In this document: in pieces, positions 41,494 to 44,407 of the stretch
Position numbering within the stretch: position 1 is the first letter of the stretch
Layout of the letters: each line of letters begins with the position of its first letter
Assembly: GCA_015486185.1 (NCBI GenBank)
Contig: WFSC01000373.1
Span: 1 to 44,407 of the forward strand
Length of the DNA: 44,407 nt
Reading direction: 5' to 3'
Source: Bacteroidales bacterium
GTDB lineage: Bacteria; Bacteroidota; Bacteroidia; Bacteroidales; VadinHA17
Made by a program: the position numbers and the translations under genes
The notes under the pieces: model-generated
Database searches by the model: none
The model's input: only the letters and a program-made list of their open reading frames with translations
What the model was told of the DNA's origin: nothing

Positions 41494-42914
41494 GCAGACG
41501 AAAGAAAAATCTCCCCCTGATCGACAGGGCCGAAGTGGTAGATATTGCCAAAGGAGGCAAGGCAATTGCCCGTAAAGAGGACCTGGTGATCCTGGTATCT
41601 CATGCCGTTCCGGGAGATGTCATTGACATACAGGTCACCCGGAAGAAGAAAAAGTTTTATGAGGGGAAACCTGTACGTTTTCATACCTATTCTCCTTACC
41701 GGACCCGACCTGTCTGTTCGCATTTTCCTGTTTGTGGCGGCTGTAAGTGGCAGGATATGACTTATGAGGCCCAGTTGAAATACAAAGAAAAACAAGTAAC
41801 CGACCAGATGCAGCGTCTTGCCGGACTGTCAGATGAGATACACAATGTCATGCTACCGATCCTGCCTGCCGATACTCCATGGTATTATCGCAACAAGCTG
41901 GAGTTTACCTTCTCGGCAAAACGCTGGCTCACCCCCGAAGAGATAGCATCCGGCAAACCTATAACCGAACCGGCCCTGGGGTTTCATATCGCCGGACTGT
42001 TCGATAAAATACTGAATATCACAGACTGTCATCTGCAACCCGAACCATCCAATGCCATTCGCAACTTTATCAGGGATTTCACCATGGAGAATGGCTATCC
42101 TTATTTTAATATCCGCGAACAGAAAGGATTGATGCGGAACTTGATCATCCGGACAACATTAACTGGCGAAGTAATGGTGATCCTCTCCTTTTTTGAGGAT
42201 AACAGGGAAAAGATCACCCGGCTGCTGGATACACTCAGAGACCGTTTTCCGGAGATCACCTCCCTGCAATATGTCATCAACCCCAAAGGAAATGATACCC
42301 TGGAAGGACTTGAGGTCAAGGTATATCACGGAAAAGATCATATTGTCGAAAAGCTGGATGGTCTGTCTTTCAAGATCAGTCCAAAATCCTTTTTTCAGAC
42401 CAACACCCGGCAGGCAGCCAATTTGTACCGTACCGTATTGGAATTTGCCGGTATAACAGTCCATGATACCGTCTATGATCTATATAGCGGGACCGGCACC
42501 ATTGGACTTTTTCTCGCCTCCCATGCCAGAAAGGTTATTGGCATTGAGAATATAACAGAAGCTGTGGCAGATGCTCTGGAAAATGCCAGACTGAACCATA
42601 TTGAAAATGCCACTTTCATCACCGGTGATACCAAAGAGCTTTTCAATGAATCGTTGTTCCGGGAGCAGGGCCATCCGGATGTTGTCATACTCGATCCCCC
42701 CCGCGCCGGAATTCATCCGGAGATCATAAGGATGCTCTTTCGGCAGGAACCCCGGCGGATCGTGTACGTCAGTTGCAATCCTGCAACCCAGGCACGTGAT
42801 ATACAAAGCCTGATGGAAAAATATACCCCGGAAAAAATACAGCCGGTAGATATGTTTCCCCACACCGATCATATCGAAAATGTGGTGATGCTGGAGAGGA
42901 ACAGGAAGGGTTAA
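41490..42914 (+). CDS. rlmD: 23S rRNA (uracil-C5)-methyltransferase, RlmD/RumA family (TRAM domain, 4Fe-4S cluster, SAM methyltransferase)
   Basis: 474 aa. It has a TRAM-like N-terminus (VVDIAKGGKAIARKEDLVILVSHAVPGDVIDIQVT), a Cys cluster 'CSHFPVCGGCKWQ', SAM motifs 'VYDLYSGTGTIGLFLA' and 'VILDPPRAG', and 'YVSCNPATQARD'. Its ATG overlaps the upstream stop (ATGA at 41490-41493). Confidence 0.9.
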   Translation: MSRRKKNLPLIDRAEVVDIAKGGKAIARKEDLVILVSHAVPGDVIDIQVTRKKKKFYEGKPVRFHTYSPYRTRPVCSHFPVCGGCKWQDMTYEAQLKYKEKQVTDQMQRLAGLSDEIHNVMLPILPADTPWYYRNKLEFTFSAKRWLTPEEIASGKPITEPALGFHIAGLFDKILNITDCHLQPEPSNAIRNFIRDFTMENGYPYFNIREQKGLMRNLIIRTTLTGEVMVILSFFEDNREKITRLLDTLRDRFPEITSLQYVINPKGNDTLEGLEVKVYHGKDHIVEKLDGLSFKISPKSFFQTNTRQAANLYRTVLEFAGITVHDTVYDLYSGTGTIGLFLASHARKVIGIENITEAVADALENARLNHIENATFITGDTKELFNESLFREQGHPDVVILDPPRAGIHPEIIRMLFRQEPRRIVYVSCNPATQARDIQSLMEKYTPEKIQPVDMFPHTDHIENVVMLERNRKG

Positions 42915-42921
42915 AACCCAT

Positions 42922-42960
42922 CTCACAGGGATTATTCGCTTCGCTCATGATCCCTATGAG
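42922..42960. other. Hairpin element downstream of rlmD with a TCGCTTCGCTC-containing loop
   Basis: CTCACAGGGAT (42922-42932) pairs with ATCCCTATGAG (42950-42960): 11 positions, 10 paired, 1 mismatch. The 17-nt loop is TATTCGCTTCGCTCATG. A related loop motif occurs at 37424-37434. Confidence 0.5.
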
Positions 42961-43048
42961 GGCATCGTCAAACAAAAATCAATCCCTCCGGGCTATTTTT
43001 TTTCTCTGCTCATCCTTTTGAAAGCAAGCTTTCAACGGACTCACAGAT

Positions 43049-43084
43049 AAAAAAAACCCCGCTGCGCGGGGTTGATTTTTGTTT
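43049..43084. terminator. Bidirectional rho-independent terminator between convergent rlmD and tRNA-Ser
   Basis: An A8 run precedes CCCCGC-TGC-GCGGGG (43057-43071), which is followed by TTGATTTTTGTTT. A further perfect palindrome, TTGAAAGC-AA-GCTTTCAA, lies at 43018-43035. Confidence 0.7.
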
Positions 43085-43172
<88 letters not shown>

Positions 43173-43398
43173 GGAAAAAGAATGTATTAACAAATATAGA
43201 TCCACTAATTTTAAGAACCTGTTTTTTTGAAGCAGGGCAAAAGTAAAAAAAGGAATGATTTTTTCAAAAAAGTTGTCCGTAAAAAGAGACAATAACCTGT
43301 TCTTACAAGAAAGAACAGGCAGCTTCTTTTATCTTCCGGCAGAATTATTATTTTTGTTTCCTTTATTATCCATGATTTAAAAGGGCAATACATCCGGT

Positions 43399-44407
43399 AT
43401 GCAACAGGTAAAAGAATTTCTGGAATTCCTTAACCAGTATCTGGGAGGAAGTCAATGGTTTGTTTTCCTTTTGTTGGGTACAGGCCTTTTCTTTACTATC
43501 TACCTGGGATTTCCCCAGATAAGGTATTTCAAATTTGCTGTTCGCATTGTCAAGGGCAAGTATGATAAGGATACGGATGTAGGTGATGCCAGTCATTTTC
43601 AGGCTTTGTCAACTGCATTGTCGGGAACGGTAGGTACCGGTAATATTGCCGGGGTGGCCCTGGCCATTCATATCGGGGGACCGGCAGCCTTGTTCTGGAT
43701 GCTCATCACGGCCCTTTTCGGTATGACCACCAAATTTGTTGAAGTAACCCTCTCCCATAAATACCGTGATGTACTGCCCGATGGTTCCATTTCAGGCGGC
43801 CCCATGTATTACATGAAAAAACGGCTGAATATCAACCTCAGGAACGGTAAGATCATCCAAACCGGGAAATGGCTGGGCATCTTCTTTGCCCTGGCTACCG
43901 TACTTTCTTCTTTCGGCACGGGCAGCCTGCCACAGATCAACAGCATTTCCAATGCACTTTTTTCAACATTTAACATAAAACAGATCATATCAGGTGCCGT
44001 TCTGACGGTATTGCTGGCCCTGGTGATCATTGGCGGTATAAAAAGAATTGCAAAGGTTACCGCTACCCTTGTACCTGTTATGGCCATATTTTATTTTCTG
44101 GGTGCCCTTTTTGTTATCTTTTCCAATTACGAAAATATCATTCCTTCCCTGATCGCTATTTTCCGGGATGTTTACACAGGAACAGCAGCCGTGGGCGGAT
44201 TCATGGGAGCCGGATTTGCCTATGCTTTCAACAAAGGGGTCAACCGCGGATTATTTTCCAACGAGGCCGGCCAGGGATCGGCGCCTATCGCCCATTCGGC
44301 TGCCCGTGCCCATGAGCCGGTATCCGAAGGAATGGTCGCCATTCTGGAACCTTTTATTGATACAATCATCATCTGTACCCTTACAGGTCTTGTTCTGCTG
44401 GCATCAG
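43399..44407 (+). CDS. Alanine/glycine:cation symporter (AGCS) family transporter; 3' end cut by the window edge
   Basis: This gene is absent from the ORF track because no stop codon is reached. Manual translation from ATG 43399 gives [56 protein letters not shown]...[36 protein letters not shown]..., the AGCS signature. The frame is open to nt 44407. Confidence 0.85.
   Translation, partial: MQQVKEFLEFLNQYLGGSQWFVFLLLGTGLFFTIYLGFPQIRYFKFAVRIVKGKYDKDTDVGDASHFQALSTALSGTVGTGNIAGVALAIHIGGPAALFWMLITALFGMTTKFVEVTLSHKYRDVLPDGSISGGPMYYMKKRLNINLRNGKIIQTGKWLGIFFALATVLSSFGTGSLPQINSISNALFSTFNIKQIISGAVLTVLLALVIIGGIKRIAKVTATLVPVMAIFYFLGALFVIFSNYENIIPSLIAIFRDVYTGTAAVGGFMGAGFAYAFNKGVNRGLFSNEAGQGSAPIAHSAARAHEPVSEGMVAILEPFIDTIIICTLTGLVLLAS

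Noticed and set aside
43296-43319. Hairpin CCTGTTCTT-ACAAGA-AAGAACAGG upstream of the alanine/glycine symporter as part of a glycine riboswitch
   Set aside because: I could not find the conserved glycine-riboswitch core features in 43173-43398. A single 9-bp hairpin is insufficient evidence. It may be a simple promoter-proximal structure.
43211-43596. Two minus-strand ORFs (43211..43393, 43366..43596) between tRNA-Ser and the window end
   Set aside because: Their translations are low-complexity. One overlaps the 5' end of the strongly supported plus-strand AGCS transporter gene and the other lies in its AT-rich upstream region.

Overview
This is a Bacteroidota-type chromosomal window. The evidence is a SusC/SusD pair, five proteins with T9SS (Por) C-terminal sorting domains, gldA/gldF/gldG, and a TAnnTTTG-like promoter motif. 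Nt 1-22200 form a polysaccharide utilization locus (PUL). It contains a beta-helix protein, a secreted GH88-like hydrolase, SusC/SusD bracketed by two paralogous DNRLRE/LamG-like T9SS proteins, and a triple-repeat CBM9-like T9SS protein. It also contains a GH78-like enzyme, an Asp-rich secreted protein of unknown function, and a transmembrane propeller/Y_Y_Y sensor. The cytoplasmic output of that sensor is not a kinase or AraC module but an IS1595-type transposase zinc-ribbon/HTH domain without a DDE domain. I consider this sensor the most novel item, together with the absence of any recognisable lyase in the locus. The rest is mostly housekeeping: a DUF438/PAS protein, xerD, aroQ, GH97, gldA-gldF-gldG plus DUF4340, an eIF-2B-like protein, DUF5686, GH20, two tandem fused LeuC-LeuD-type aconitase-family genes, rlmD, tRNA-Ser(GCU) and a truncated alanine/cation symporter. 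The intergenic DNA is unusual. There is a 17-unit 8-nt satellite inside a 183-nt C-free tract, a 7-nt satellite, a roughly 300-nt array of ~22-nt AAATTAG/AAATTACG-plus-GC-minihairpin units upstream of the first aconitase-like gene, and four phased TATTTAAATA palindromes upstream of the second. All family assignments come from reading the translated ORFs for remembered motifs. No database search was run.
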